DNA of 64,000 nucleotides, from NCBI GenBank assembly GCA_963693365.1, contig CAVNZM010000008.1, positions 3,439,572 to 3,503,571 on the forward strand. The letters run 5' to 3'. Shown piece after piece: positions 43,929 through 57,907 of the stretch. The notes below the pieces were generated by a model that was given only the letters and a program-made list of their open reading frames with translations, was not told the origin of the DNA and did no database searches. The translations under genes were made by a program, and so were the position numbers. Each line of letters begins with the position of its first letter. Position 1 is the stretch's first letter. Source of the stretch: Amoebidium appalachense. Its lineage: Eukaryota; Protista; Ichthyosporea.

Positions 43929-44837
43929 CTATGCAGACTTCAACGGTTCCTTTGACGCGGGTTTCGGGCACAGGGGGGGTCTATTAGACTCCCTTTTTGG
44001 TTGGACGGGCGCCGCCTGAAAATTCGACATGGCGTGCACCTGCGCCATTGCGGTCAGCGCAGCCGAAAGTAGAGCGGGGTTACCCAGTGCCTGCTGCTGC
44101 AGGCTCATGGCGTTCTGGAACAGCTTGTTCTTCAACTCCTGGGCCTCTTGCTCCATCCTGTCCACCTTTTCCTTCAGCACAGCTGCCTCCTCCGCCTTAG
44201 TTGTTGCGTATTGTTCTAGACTACGACGCTCCTGTTTTCTCCTCTCTCGTGACCGCGCGGAATGCTCTCGACATCTCGCTAAAGCAGCAGCGTCTCGTCT
44301 CTTCCTCCTTCCCCCGGCCTTTTGTGCTTGCTGTTGTTGTTGGCTGAAAAACGGCATACCCGGGACTGGGGGTGGGGGACGTTGAAGCCCCAGAATGCCA
44401 GAATCGGGTGTCAATGGCCCCCATGGGTCATAGTAGTACGGTTGGGTGCCTGACGGGGAATATAACTCACTCTTTATTGGGAGGTCAAACCGTGGGGTTG
44501 GCGATGCGTGTGAGCCCGTGCCTAATGATAGAGGGGACGGAGTGGTACATGAAGAGAAATCCGTTTGCGTGGTTTCATTGCCGAAGTCGTCTATTGATGT
44601 GGCGGTCACCGTGCCATCATCACTTGCCATGTCATCGAAAAGGGATGCATGGTTTTCATCCTCAGAGAAAAAAGCTTCACTAGAGATGGCTTCTAAACTG
44701 TCTGGGTTCATGAATTGAAAGAGTGGATCCCTAATGTCGACGGAACAACCATTTAGCGTAATCAATGAAGGCGCCGATGACGAGAGATGCCTCCCGACCA
44801 TTTCGTATTCAGTAAACCTGTGTGGCTGTATTTGCAT
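43929..44837 (-). CDS. bZIP transcription factor with atypical basic region; intronless CDS, 302 aa
   Basis: Long non-repetitive ORF. Acidic/Ser-Thr N-terminal region and a short poly-Q, then basic region RRKRRDAAALARCREHSARSRERRKQE and heptads LEQYATT-KAEEAAV-LKEKVDR-MEQEAQE-LKNKLFQ. Confidence 0.85.
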   Translation of the reverse strand: MQIQPHRFTEYEMVGRHLSSSAPSLITLNGCSVDIRDPLFQFMNPDSLEAISSEAFFSEDENHASLFDDMASDDGTVTATSIDDFGNETTQTDFSSCTTPSPLSLGTGSHASPTPRFDLPIKSELYSPSGTQPYYYDPWGPLTPDSGILGLQRPPPPVPGMPFFSQQQQQAQKAGGRRKRRDAAALARCREHSARSRERRKQERRSLEQYATTKAEEAAVLKEKVDRMEQEAQELKNKLFQNAMSLQQQALGNPALLSAALTAMAQVHAMSNFQAAPVQPKRESNRPPLCPKPASKEPLKSA

Positions 44838-45885
44838 TCTTAGGTTTCTGGTGTGGCTGGAAGGAATTTCCGGCCGACAAATCTGTTTTGCAGGTATTTG
44901 TATAACTCTCGGGTGTATGTTGTCAATGGTTCACAGGCTGCAGTAGGATATGAAAGATAACTTATGTATTAAAAGATCGCGCGCTTCTTGGCGTCAGTTT
45001 GTCTGTGTTAAGTTACAATTACAAGACAGTCCCTTTGTGCAAACAGTCTGGGCTGTCAAAGAGGAATTGCAACGGCCTCTCACAAAGATTGAGTCTGAGG
45101 GAAAGGATGGACAAAGCAGAGTATAAAACGGCCTTGTACACTTTACTTATAAGCTCTATAGGGCAAGGGGAAAAAAAAGAGTTACAGTAGCACAGGGAGC
45201 ATCTGGAAAAGAAGCGACGGGATTCGGGAAGGGATACAAACTTTATCAATGAAAAAAGCCTCGGCTGATCTGATTGGTGCAAACAATGAGCCACTCTTGT
45301 ATTGGTTAACGGAAACGGGTAAAACTCTGATGCGAACGTGCGAGCCATCCCCCGCATTCCGAAGAAATGAATGTGTTGGTTGCATGTTTATTGTGCAGGA
45401 GCAGCACAAGTTGTTGCAAAAAAATTTCCATGGTAAGCTTTGAATATTTTCTGGCTCTAACTCTAATATTTCATATTTACTTGGCCATAAACATAAATTA
45501 TTCGGCTAGCCTGACCCACGTTCAGCAATCCCGGAGTCCGACCAGGACACAACCTTGGCATGCATATTTTTACTCTCCTTTAACTATGTCCGGCGAAAAG
45601 TGATCACGAGCGAACCACCAATGCTAAGAAGTTCCAAAACCTTTGTTGAATGGCCCAAAGATTCAAACAAAACGTTCTCACCATCTCATGAATTCACTTA
45701 CACAAATGCGCACGTGTGCTCGGTAAAGTGTTTTATTTTAAAGGTTCAAGGGCCCGTATGTACATACTTGGCTGGTAACAACGGAAAAACAAAATGGAGG
45801 CGTCTTTTGGCGTTCTAAATAATCAAGGAATTCTTTAAGGAATTTTCTTTTTATTTTGCTGATATTATCAAATTAAGGGGGATCA

Positions 45886-45893
45886 TGACGTCA
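45886..45893. promoter_or_regulatory. CRE palindrome TGACGTCA upstream of the bZIP gene
   Basis: Exact TGACGTCA just upstream of a putative non-coding first exon (minus-strand donor GTAAGT at 45701-45696, acceptor CTGCAG ending 44938). Confidence 0.35.
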
Positions 45894-47812
45894 TATACTG
45901 CTCGTGATCATGCGCGCATCTGGATTGTCTTAAATATCGCAGGCTTACATATTACCGAGAGGCCTATCTTATTTTTTAATATATACATATATATATGGCA
46001 GTAAGAATTTTTTTTTCTTTCTCATCGAATTGCTTGGGCCTGTATACGGCCATGGCCCCATATGATGTCGACTGCGCACTGTGGTGACTATGATCATTAA
46101 TTATTACACACAGCTAATTAGCCTTTGGAAGGACTGATCTGCCCAGCAATTAGCATTGGCCTGCATTATTAGCACATGCAGTTTTCGGGGTACTATACTA
46201 TATTGTAAAAGTTTTAAACCGGCCTTTTAGTACCAATATTTTTATTAGTAAGTAGTAACTTAGGCTTGATATGTAACAGCCGAAAAGGCATAGGCACCGT
46301 GATTCAGAATGGCGCGCTTGCCCACGTCCGAAATTCGAAAGCATTCGAAACCGTTTCCGAGTGACTTGACTCACTCTCAAGCCGTGGATTATGATGGCGG
46401 TGATGTGCACTAAATGTGCACACACAGTCACGTGACTCACCGCACAGCACATGCATGACATGAGTTTACAACTGGAATCTACAGTACTGTATACACACGA
46501 TTAGAGCAACTTCAACCAGGGAAGCCGATAACTATTATAGGCGAGTTCCGATGCTACGAGGTGATATACATACCGTATTTTAATCATGATCAGGAGGAAT
46601 CCGCCATCCTGGACCCGTCTGTCGGTGCATGCGCACGATTTTCGAAGTCCTGAGGAATGTGTTCCGTGCATTTCTAAGCCAATCCTAAACTAGACCCTAT
46701 TCAACATAGCCAATAAGAATACGTTCAGGAACTATTCTGGGATGCATGATATTCAGAATCCGAGATACTCTCCTTGCCCCTCCCTCCCCTGCCACTTTCC
46801 TTCCCCCCCACTGTCCCACCCTCCCCTCCCCACCTGAGTGTCACCTCCCCTCCCCCGTCCCTCCTCCCGGGTCCACGGGCCTGGGACGTCGACGTACGTG
46901 TACGGGCTCAACAATTTCCCGGACAACATCGATATCCATTCATATGCATTGCCCCTCAGACCCCCCCCGCCCCCGGCCCCCCCTCCCCTCCCCAACCCCC
47001 TCCCCCCCCTGCCGCAGCCTGTATCATGACTATAGGACCGGGGTAAGTCAATATAATTGCTCAACCTGCTGATCATTCTGTTGTTACGCCCGAACCACGG
47101 TAAATACCGTACATATGGATTATTTTCTCGAGAAATTTTGACCGAAATTTTCGTGCATGGGCCCGGCGCAGCTTGCAAAGCGTTGATAAACGGGAAATGC
47201 TCATGTGCAAGCGGTGGCAGCTGCTGAGCAGCTGAGCCGTAGCCGGTTGCAACGTCCGAGAAATTCCCGAGGGACCGTACGAGTCCGCCGCGGACACGTG
47301 CCCTTCGCACGTGCCCCAGACACCAGAGCCTAGCTAATATTAGACTACACAGTAAAGCCACAAATGATGGTGACTTCCCATCAGTATGAAAAATACCGTA
47401 GGAGTCGGTGTGTACTAACACGTACTGACGTATTGCCGCACGTGCGACGTTATACATCTACTCAGGCGGCCCTTTAAGTAAAAAAAAAAAAAGAAAAAAA
47501 AAAAAAGAAAGGAGACACCGCCTCAGTAGGTGGTAGCGGTGTGTACAAATGCAGCCTATGACTGCAAAATCAATCCCGAGCAACACACACGCGTGCGCGC
47601 ACACACACACACACACACGCACGCACGCACACACAAGCGCGCGACCGTACACACACACACACATACATACACACACACAAAGTGTTGCAATTGCACACAC
47701 ACACACACACACACGTCACAGTTTCACACACACACACACACATACACACACACACATACACACACACACGCACACACACACACACTTCCCTCACCCGTTC
47801 GTGCCGGGGGAA

Positions 47813-47848
<36 letters not shown>

Positions 47849-47904
47849 GGAGTATGACTGTACGGCATATAGCCTCACTCTTTCAGGTGATCAAGGAATC
47901 GTAT

Positions 47905-49818
47905 CCCCATGTTTTAGATTAATCTTCAAGATTAATCAATCTTGTATCCCGGGAATTCTGGAAAATCGGTCAATTAGAGTGATTAATCTTCAACATTAAT
48001 CTCAACTCCCCCTCAAACAACGGAGTTTTTCCCCGTAAAAATGGTCGGACGGGGCTGAAACTTTCCATGAGCGAAGCAAACATATATAGGTTTGAAAGCC
48101 CAGCGGCTGGGTGTGTGTTGCATATGGACTTTTCGGCACAGCGAGAGCGTGACGGTAGGTGAATATGGATATCGAGGATCATTAATCAAGGAGCCACAGT
48201 GACTGCTGCAAGGCTTGAATGATTGATCTGAGTGTGCTGTATTGCATTATGATGTGGGGGGAAAAACGCTGCGTTTCAACAAAGAAATAGGAGAGCAATG
48301 CTTTTACACCCCTCGAGTGCAGTATACCATTGGTTGCTGTTCGAACAAGACCCATTTATGGTATGACGTATAGCCTTTTTTAGCTGTTGTAAACAAACAA
48401 CACGGGCCGTGGCTACTTTTGAGGACCCTGCTTGTAGATTATCATCTCACACCCAACTTGAACCCGTAGCGTTGCTGTGGATACACCCTGTCGTTTTTAC
48501 TTTCTTTTTGTTTCATGTTTTCTTTTTTTTTTTGTTTTTGGTGATGGACGCAAAGAATGGAAGGGGACTTTGAAATAATATATGATGATAGTGGTGGGTT
48601 TGAAGCCGGGGCAGTAGACTCAGACATCTTTAACGATTTCTTTGCTGACGAAAGCACAAGTGATACAGAAGATTCTGTTGACAACGGTGATACCACACTC
48701 ACAGGAAAATGGCGTATTTATGACGCCAAGCAAGTAGAGTTAACACTCAAAGCAGACGATGTTGAAAACAGGCTTTTAGATACGTTCAGGAAGGAGACCG
48801 GTTCGGGGATCCAGAAACGTTTGCTAACCCACTTTTCTGGAGAGCCAACCATTAGTAACGTCCTCGACCTCTTCTTTTCACCACTCATTCTCCAGACACT
48901 GCTTGGGACTATCAATATTGGACTCCGTGCACGCAAGAAGAGGACTGCCACACTACACGATTTACACGGTTTCCTGAAAGTGATATGCTATTTGTCATTC
49001 TACGGTGTACACATGTGTCCCCCTCCGTGCACGTGTTCTATGATGTTAAACTGAGCCACGCATTCCCAACCGCAAACACCTCCACTTTTCATATTTTGTT
49101 TTTGTTGTTTCGTCCTGATTTTCTCTATGCAAAGGAGCCTGTCTGAAGCTGTGTTGGTGTGTATGTGCCGTGTGTGTGTGTGGGGGGGGGGGGGGGGCGG
49201 GGCGGGGGGGGCACGGCCCTCTCCTCTTTTTTTCAGAGGGCCATGGGGGGGGGGGGGGGGGGGGGGGGGGGGCTTCTTTTTTCCTTCTCCCCCCCCCCCC
49301 CCCCCCCCCTAGTTTTTTGAATATACGTAATAGCAAGGGGGACTGGAGGCCTGCCAGTAGCAGTGTATGTGTGTATGTGTGTGGGTGTGGGTTTGTGTGT
49401 GTGTATGTGTGTGTGCGGGTTGGCGGGGGGGAGGGAGGGGGGGGGGGGGGGGGGGGGGGGGGGCTGCCTGCCGTTGTATTCAGTACCCTGCATACATCTC
49501 AGTGTATGAAGCACAAACAATACGGTCACTGTGCTTTGATGGTTTTGAAATTAAATTAGTGGCACGTTTCTGTGGTCACAGACCTGTATTTGGTTTCATT
49601 ATAAATATATATACATAAATATATGTAGCACATTAGTTATTAGTATTAATAATCCCTTTTTGGAAGATCATAAATAATTGAACCTTTGCCAACATAGTAA
49701 TACTATAATTGTTTCCAGAATTGTCACCGAAAATTATGTGTGGCTCTTGGAGAGGAAGAAAAAGATGGTTTAAATCATGCAACATATCTCAGTGTGTATG
49801 GAAAACGTCTATGAATGA

Positions 49819-49852
<34 letters not shown>

Positions 49853-50829
49853 CCTCCCCCTTCCTACATAGCCCGGCCCGAATTCTTGCCCCTCCCCTCC
49901 CCTTCCCCCCCCCCCCCCCCCCCCCCCCCTCACCCCCCCCCCCCCCCCCCCCCCCCCTCCCCCCTCGAACACACACACACGCGCACGCACTGTGGCACCT
50001 GCCCACCTAACCGTGGTCACCCTAACACACACATGTGCACACACACACAAACACGTACACGCACAAAGACATGACACACACACATGGCATGGCACACACA
50101 CTGAAACGGCCAGGTACATGCATGCACGAGTGCACATATCACACTCACCCCGGGGCCCCGGCTCCCTGTTAAATAATAAGGAAATTCTATTCATAGCAAT
50201 ATTGTACAGATATACACAAACATTATACCCCCCCCCCCCCCTTCCCGCCCCAACACACACATATGCACATGCACCGGCTGCCCACCCAACCACCCTGACA
50301 CACGCACGTGCACACCGTGGCACACGGACTCGTACATGCATGTATATAGAGATACACACACACTGCATGCCGTGGCACACACTGCACTGTGAAACACAGT
50401 GCGTAACACGTACCACACGTACATGTGCACACACCGCAAACAAGCACTGTGGCGTCATACATGCTGAAAAAACACACATGCACCCACACACACACACACA
50501 CGGTACACACTCACACGCAAACCGTGGACACCGTCACAGAAAACATGCACCGGCACACACTCTCTGCAATGTACACACGTACAAGCGTGTACATTGCATA
50601 CAAACACACCCACACAAGCACACACACATGTAATCACAGCTGAACACACTAACATCGGCATGTGCGTACAATAGCACATGCATTTTAAGTTGACCTGTAC
50701 AGTACCACGGCACCGTGTTGCGTGGCATCCATGCACTGCATGCAGCGTACACGTGGCACCACACACACCCGTATGTGTGCTTGTCTATATAGGCATATGC
50801 ACAGGCCTAGGCACACATGTGCACACCCA

Positions 50830-50880
<51 letters not shown>

Positions 50881-51309
50881 ACGCACACACCAGCACACAG
50901 ACACACACACAGCACACACACATACACATACAGAGAAAGTGAGAGAGTACCTCACACATGACACCGGGAGCCCGAGCGCTGTGCGCGCACAATTAACACG
51001 TGAGCTTCGTGAGGCGCGGCCGGCTGCCGATCACATGCATGTGCCGCGGGATCCAGCCGCTGTGATTAATCTTCTTCTCGGATTGATTAATCTTCTTTTA
51101 CGCTCGCACCCCTCTTCTCGAAGGTGTATAATAGACATGGATATTATAGACATAAACACCCAAAAAAAAGTACATAGGCGTTTTCTTGATTATCAAAACC
51201 AACTTTTTGCTTACTTAACATGTATTTTTGGGCTGCTGGGTAAGTCGGTGGAAGCGCCGCGCCGCAAATGTGATTAACGTTGAAGATTAATCATTTGATT
51301 ACAGAGGGG
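47905..51309 (+). mobile_element. piggyBac-like DNA transposon remnant
   Basis: Right end AGGGG|TTAA (TTAA at 51310-51313). Subterminal inverted repeat TGATTAATCTTCAACRTTAATC at 47980-48001 and 51272-51293 (21/22), plus a palindromic copy at 47917-47937. Encloses a transposase-like ORF. Left terminus degenerate. Confidence 0.6.
48557..49054 (+). pseudogene. N-terminal part of a piggyBac-like transposase; catalytic DDD domain not visible
   Basis: Acidic N-terminus (DESTSDTEDSVD) followed by VLDLFFSPLILQTLLGTIN...TLHDLHGFLKVICYLSF, resembling the LFF..L..I...TN...T..E...F helices that open DDE_Tnp_1_7 domains. Confidence 0.55.
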
Positions 51310-51684
51310 TTAAGTGTGTGTGACTGTGTGTACGGGCGCACGCGTGTGTGTGTGCGTGCGTGTGTGTGTGTGCGTGCGCGCGCGTGTGTGACACTTAATG
51401 CCTACGTTTCAAACTTTGTACGTAAACCCCTGCTGCTTATAGTACTAATATGTGATCAGGTTATCTAATATAAGTCGTCACATGATAGAAGCCTGATGGG
51501 GTGGCTGGGGGGGGGGGGGGGGGGGAGGGGGGGAGGGGGGGGGGGGGGGGGGGGGGGCACCCTACTCACTGTGGTGGTGGGTCCCCCCCCCCCCTCCCCC
51601 TCTCCCTGCTAGCCGGAGGGGTGGGTCCCGAGGGGGGGGGGGGGGGGGGGGGAGGGGGGGGACCCACCTGTCCAAAGGCCCCTC

Positions 51685-51745
<61 letters not shown>

Positions 51746-51853
51746 GTTACCACTACCCCCCTCCCCGTTTCAAAATCAAGATTCCCGATTCGGCTTTCCG
51801 AAATTGAATGGCATATGCATTCCGACATTAGTACTAATCCCATTGTCGGTTCC

Positions 51854-51901
<48 letters not shown>

Positions 51902-52546
51902 CCGCGGCCCTTTCGCCCCCCTCCCCCTGAGGGCTCCCCCCCCTCCCCCCCCCCTCCCCAGTCTCCCCCTCCCCTCAGAGCCTCCCCCAGCCACATCCCC
52001 CCCTTCCCCTTCCCCACCCCCCCCCCCCCCACCCCCCCTACCCCCCCCCCCCCCCCAAAAAAAAAAGAAAAAGAAAAAAATAATCCCGTGGCATGCGCCC
52101 CAACCCTACTTCAAATTATCCCCCGAGTGACTAAGTCTTCCCCCCTCCCCCCTTCCTCCCGTGACGCACCACCATCACGTCGTCACCCACCGACCCATCA
52201 GTACTAGTGGCACCATACACTCACCCACCTAATTTTAAAATCTTCTCGTTCCCCCAGCTGGTCCCCGTAGATACATACTTACACTGGCACGGCCGCCGGT
52301 CACACACTACTATTATTCAATCCGTACCGTGACCCCCCCCCCCTCCCCCCCCCCCCCCCCCCCCCCCGGGCCACCCCCAGGTCACCCATTCCCCTTCACT
52401 TCCCTCGAATGCCATTTTTGAACACCGTGATTCCCACACACTTTTTCAACCATCCGGTAGTCTCTACTTTGTCAACTGAGTCCGGGGGAGAAGGGGGAAG
52501 GTGGGTGGGGGGGGGGGGGGAGGCCCTTTCTGTCTTCCCCCTCCTT

Positions 52547-52577
<31 letters not shown>

Positions 52578-53570
52578 CCCCCCCCCCTCTCCCCCCCCCT
52601 CAGAGTCCTCCCCCTCAGCCCCCCCGCCCACGAAGGCCCGGCTCACGGCAGTGGTGCGAGCAAGGAATCGTGTGACTTTTTGCTTTGTGCAGTTTAGGTG
52701 GTTATTGTGACATGTGTTTCTCTGTAGAGCCTTAACGCCTTCCGGGAATGCTGTCAGTAAATATCGGCCTTAATAAAGTTGACTCCAGCATCCACTTCAT
52801 TAATTCGAGTCCCTCCCTTCCCTCCCCTCCCCTCCCCTCCTCCCCCTCCCCTCCCCCCCTTCCCCCCCCCCCCCTCCCCCCACCCCCCCCCCTCCCCCCC
52901 CCAGGGTGCCAGGCCGCCCCTGTCGGTGATGTAGGTTGAACATGAAGTTAACCTTCCTCAGATTTGGTGGTTAAATTTTGCCAGTCTGACAGCGAGCATG
53001 GCCCGTTTTCAACCTTTTCTCCTTAACATGTGACGGTGTGGCCAATGAGCATGAAAGCACCCAGTGAAGCTGTGACAATGATTCACTGAAAATTACATCA
53101 ACTTCCAGTAACAGAAAAATCTACCGGTGCAAAAATTCCTTCTGACGGCCCCCGGGGCCCCCCGGCCCCCTCCCCCCCCCCCCCCCCCCCCCCCTCGGAG
53201 CCCCTGAGGCTGCCCCTCCCCCCCCTCCCCCCCCCCCCCCCCTCCCCTCCCCTATCCCCCCCCCCACCCGCGCCCCCAAACACAGACACACACTTTTCCA
53301 CCACACTACCGCCCTGCTGGACCCATTCCCTCCTCCCCCCCCCCCTCCAGAAACCCATCTCCCCTCGCCTTCTCTCCCTCCCTCCCCCTCCCCCCTCCCC
53401 TCCCGCCCCTCCCGCCCCTCCCCCCCCCATGGGCCCCGCCTTAACATACACACTACTGCAACCACAACCGCCTTCGCCGACTCCCCCCTCCCCCCTACCC
53501 CTCTCTAGATCTCGATCTCCCTCTCTCCCCCCCCCCCCTCCCCCCCTCCCCCCCCCCGCCCCCGCTCGCA

Positions 53571-53691
<121 letters not shown>

Positions 53692-54216
53692 AACCATCAC
53701 CACCCATCCCCCAAACCCATCCCCTCTCCGGGTTCACCAACCCTGGGCCATGGTCGCACTGCCTGTCTTAGCCCTTTTTTGGTAAAATCATTGATGATCT
53801 TAGACATTAGCGTAATAGTTACTGCAAGTCATACAAACTGAGCATTCAATGAGGCCAAATTGAGTTCAGAAGAACTGAGCGAAAGGGGTGAAGTGGATGT
53901 TACTGATTGGCGAATCTCACAACGGGGGGCTTGGGCAAAAAAAGTGGACCTTTTTTTTTTTTTTTTTTTTTTTTTTCTATATATGGCAATCGACGGTGGA
54001 GGTTCAGATGTCACATCATAAGAGTACGTGCCGGAACGCCTCAGTGCTCGCATAGTGATTTAGAGATCACTAATATTGTACGTTGCTCAGGCTGTCCATG
54101 GTCACGGTAGCACTGTCACTTGTTTCCCCGCCCGCGGTATCCGATCTAATAGGATAGAAACGTCGGCTAAGCATGGAGTTGACCACGTTTGCCGCTTTAT
54201 TAGTTTGGCGCCTATA

Positions 54217-54274
<58 letters not shown>

Positions 54275-54364
54275 GGGGGGGGGGGGGGAGGGAAGGGGGG
54301 GGGGGGGGGGTGGGGAGTTTGGGGTGGAGGGGGGGAGGAAAGGGTGGGGAGTGGGGGGGGAGGG

Positions 54365-54396
<32 letters not shown>

Positions 54397-54529
54397 GCTT
54401 CGACAGAGTATGTCAATTTGTACAACAAGGGAGGCCCCGATGAGAAAGGAAAATCGCACGGCTGCGATGCGAGCGTTAGTTCGGAAAGCGAAAAAGATGG
54501 GTGAGCCTGCCCGGGGGGGAGGAAGGGGG

Positions 54530-54573
<44 letters not shown>

Positions 54574-54624
54574 AGACGGTCACGTGGTGGTTGGTGGTAG
54601 TTGTGGTAATTTGTGTGTGTGTGT

Positions 54625-54667
<43 letters not shown>

Positions 54668-54894
54668 GGGGAGAATGTGGACGGGGATGGTATAATTGTG
54701 GGAACGGGGTTGTAAAAAGCCGAAAGTTTTTCCGAAATTTCCTCAAACACTGGGGGTTTCTTATAAGGAAAAAAAGGGGGGGGAAGAAGGGGGAGGGGGG
54801 GGGGGGAGGGCTGTCCTACCACGTGTGTCCATGGATGGGATTAAGGACTGATACTGATGCCAGCCTATTTAAGCCTTAAAGTTTTAACTTCTAA

Positions 54895-55573
54895 AAAATA
54901 GAAACGATACTACTTTTTTATTGCTACGCGATTGGTTGATTTTACCAGATTCAAAGAGGCTAACAGCCGCTGATTGGCTGACTGACCGGCGCGGCTCATG
55001 AGTCATGACTCTATCTACAAGGCACTACAAAAACTTTTTTTATTGGGCACCCAAAGCCAAAAGCCTGTTTACTATTAGGAAAAAGGCTTTATGTACTTCA
55101 AATTACTTTCGAATAGTGTGTAACCTCGATAGTAGCTCCATGGCTAACTTTTGACTAAGCCGCCGTCATACTGACATACGCCATCATTAATGGGTCTTTC
55201 CGTTTCTCAAAATATTGAGGTTTCGTAAATCAGATCATGTGATTGGCTGTTTTTATAGTTAGCCCATTGCTTGGTGATTAAAGATTTGTGATTGGTTAGC
55301 GGTGTCTTTAGCTGCGTTAAATTTGAGAATTTGACGAGGAGGTTTTGAGGATTGATTGCGGTTCTGATAAGAAATTAAATTTAAGCCAATCACATATCCG
55401 CAATTCCCATTTAAACTGTCTAACAGTAAAACGCCACCAATCACACGATTCCGTTTGCGAACCCAAAAAGCCTTTCAGGAAAGGAAAGACCCATTGATCA
55501 TGATCATGAGCACATTGGCTGCTATGCCGTTGACCAATGGGAACTCGCTAAAAAAGTAGTAGATTTCTATTTT
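54895..55573. mobile_element. MITE-like element with imperfect terminal inverted repeats, dense in CCAAT boxes
   Basis: Left AAAATAGAAACGATACTACTTTTTTA versus reverse complement of right AAAATAGAAATCTACTACTTTTTTA. Second inverted pair GCTCATGA(G)TCATGA. Nine CCAAT/ATTGG pentamers. Confidence 0.55.
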
Positions 55574-57048
55574 GTTCCTTTCCACCCCATAGTATCAGAT
55601 TTGAGGAAATGGTGGTAGTGGTGGTGGTGGGGAGGGGGGAGGGGGTGGAGCCCGGGGGGGGGGAGGGGGGGGGGGGGGGGGGGGATTGAGGTGTATGCCA
55701 GTGTTTTGTGTGGCTGTGGTGGTGGTGGTGGTGGTGGTGGTGTAGGAGGGAGAGAGAGTGGCCGGGGTTGGGGGGGAGGGGGAGGGGGGGGGGGGGGGGG
55801 GGGAACAAAAGAGTAGATGACGGGACTTTGGAGTGTGGTTTGGGGAACACGTTGGGACACCCGGACGGGAAGGTCTCCGGATTTTAGGAATTTCGGTTTT
55901 TGCACTGGAAGTTTGTCGTTTGATTTATGCAATTCTGTATGCAGGGGCCCCGGTGGGGAAGGGGGGGGGGAGGGGGAGGGGGGGGGGGGGGGGGGGGTCC
56001 GAAACAACTACGCACGGTGACAGAGGGTTTTTGTTTCCGTGTGATGACCGTAAGTTACGCAAGGTACCTCAGTTAGTACATAAGCCTTAGAGATGATCAA
56101 AATGGTGATACCACATGCTTTTAGAAAGTTTCCAGTATGTTCTGAGCAGCCAAACCATAAGAATGTCGACTTGCTGTCCCCCTAAACCCCCCGTGTCTCT
56201 GAGACGGGGGGGGGGGGTTAGGTTGGGGTGGATGGGGGAGGGGGGAAGGGTGGAGGGGGAGGGGGAGGGGGGGGGGGGGGGGGGGGGCATTCTCGCGAGT
56301 CGAAGGCAGGCCGGGTCAGAAATATTCTTCGGCACATCAAGGCAGATGTCTTGTGCCACGGAGAAAGAGATATGGACCGACCAAAAACATTCAGAAAATC
56401 AGATATTTCAATAATTATTGAATTCTGTTCGTCGTCCTTGCGCGCAAGGTCACGGACGGTCACACTGAGCATCTATCATGATAATGTTCGTGCATGAGTG
56501 TTCAGGTGTCTTAGTATGCACCGCAGTGCTATTGGTTAAGTTAAACTCGTCGAGTAGAATTTTAATAATTGTTAAACTTTACTGTTGCGTCGCGCATAAG
56601 TATGCACACACATGCACCTCTATTGGTTGAATCAAACCCAACCGAACAAACCCGAGACTTTAGACTCTAGATCTCAGTAGCCGGAGGCGACTCGATCTGG
56701 TGAAAAAAAATATGCCAACTTGAAGTGACACTGTCTTGGGGTGCAAATTATTCATGTAACACGGCGATTGGGGGGAGGGGAGAGGGGGGAGGGGGAGGGG
56801 GCGGCGGGGGGGGGGGGGGGGGGGGGGGTTGGGGGGAGGGTGGGGGGTGGGGGGGGTGTGTGTGTGGGGGGGGGGGGGGGGGGGGGGGGCTGTTGTTTGA
56901 GCAGGGCTGGAATAACGAACTGAGTTGAGTACAGTGGTTGACGACATTCTTTCTTCGATCTTGGTGATGTATTACGGATTAAGCTCCGATATTTCTCAAC
57001 TTTATTTCCGGGGGAACTGACCACAACAAATATTGGAGCAAGAGAAAC

Positions 57049-57144
<96 letters not shown>

Positions 57145-57181
57145 CCTTAAGATTTACTTTTACTTTTACTTTTACTTTTAC

Positions 57182-57216
<35 letters not shown>

Positions 57217-57780
57217 GGTGTGTTGTTTTTTGTTTTGTTTTTTGGAGGGGGGAGGAAGGGGGGGGGGGGGGGGGGGGGTTGGGTAGAAGTGAGGAGGCCC
57301 TGAGTGAAGAGGTCCTTTATAAGGAATTCTTGGATTCGAAACGTGTGTGTGTCCACGTGTGTATGGGGGGAGGGAGGGAGGGGAGGGGGGGGGGGGATAT
57401 ATGAAGTTGCTCACTCAGTGCCTACAATGTACTAATACACACGTGACACACACACACAACAGCAAGAAAACGGAGGTGATGCCCTGGAATACATATGTAC
57501 CCACATAGACACACATACACGGGCACAAATGCGTGTATGCACACACACACACACAAACGTGCACAAATACATGTATGCATACACACACAGCGTGTCATGA
57601 CACGTACATCATCCGTGCACAGATGGGCCTTCCCCCCTCCCGTCCCCTCCCCTCCCCCCCCCCAACACACACATGCACACACTGTGTACATACACATAGT
57701 TGTACACATGTAGACACAAACGCGTGCGCGCCTGCTACACACGTACTACGCACCCGTGCACACATGCACATGCAGCACAT

Positions 57781-57907
<127 letters not shown>

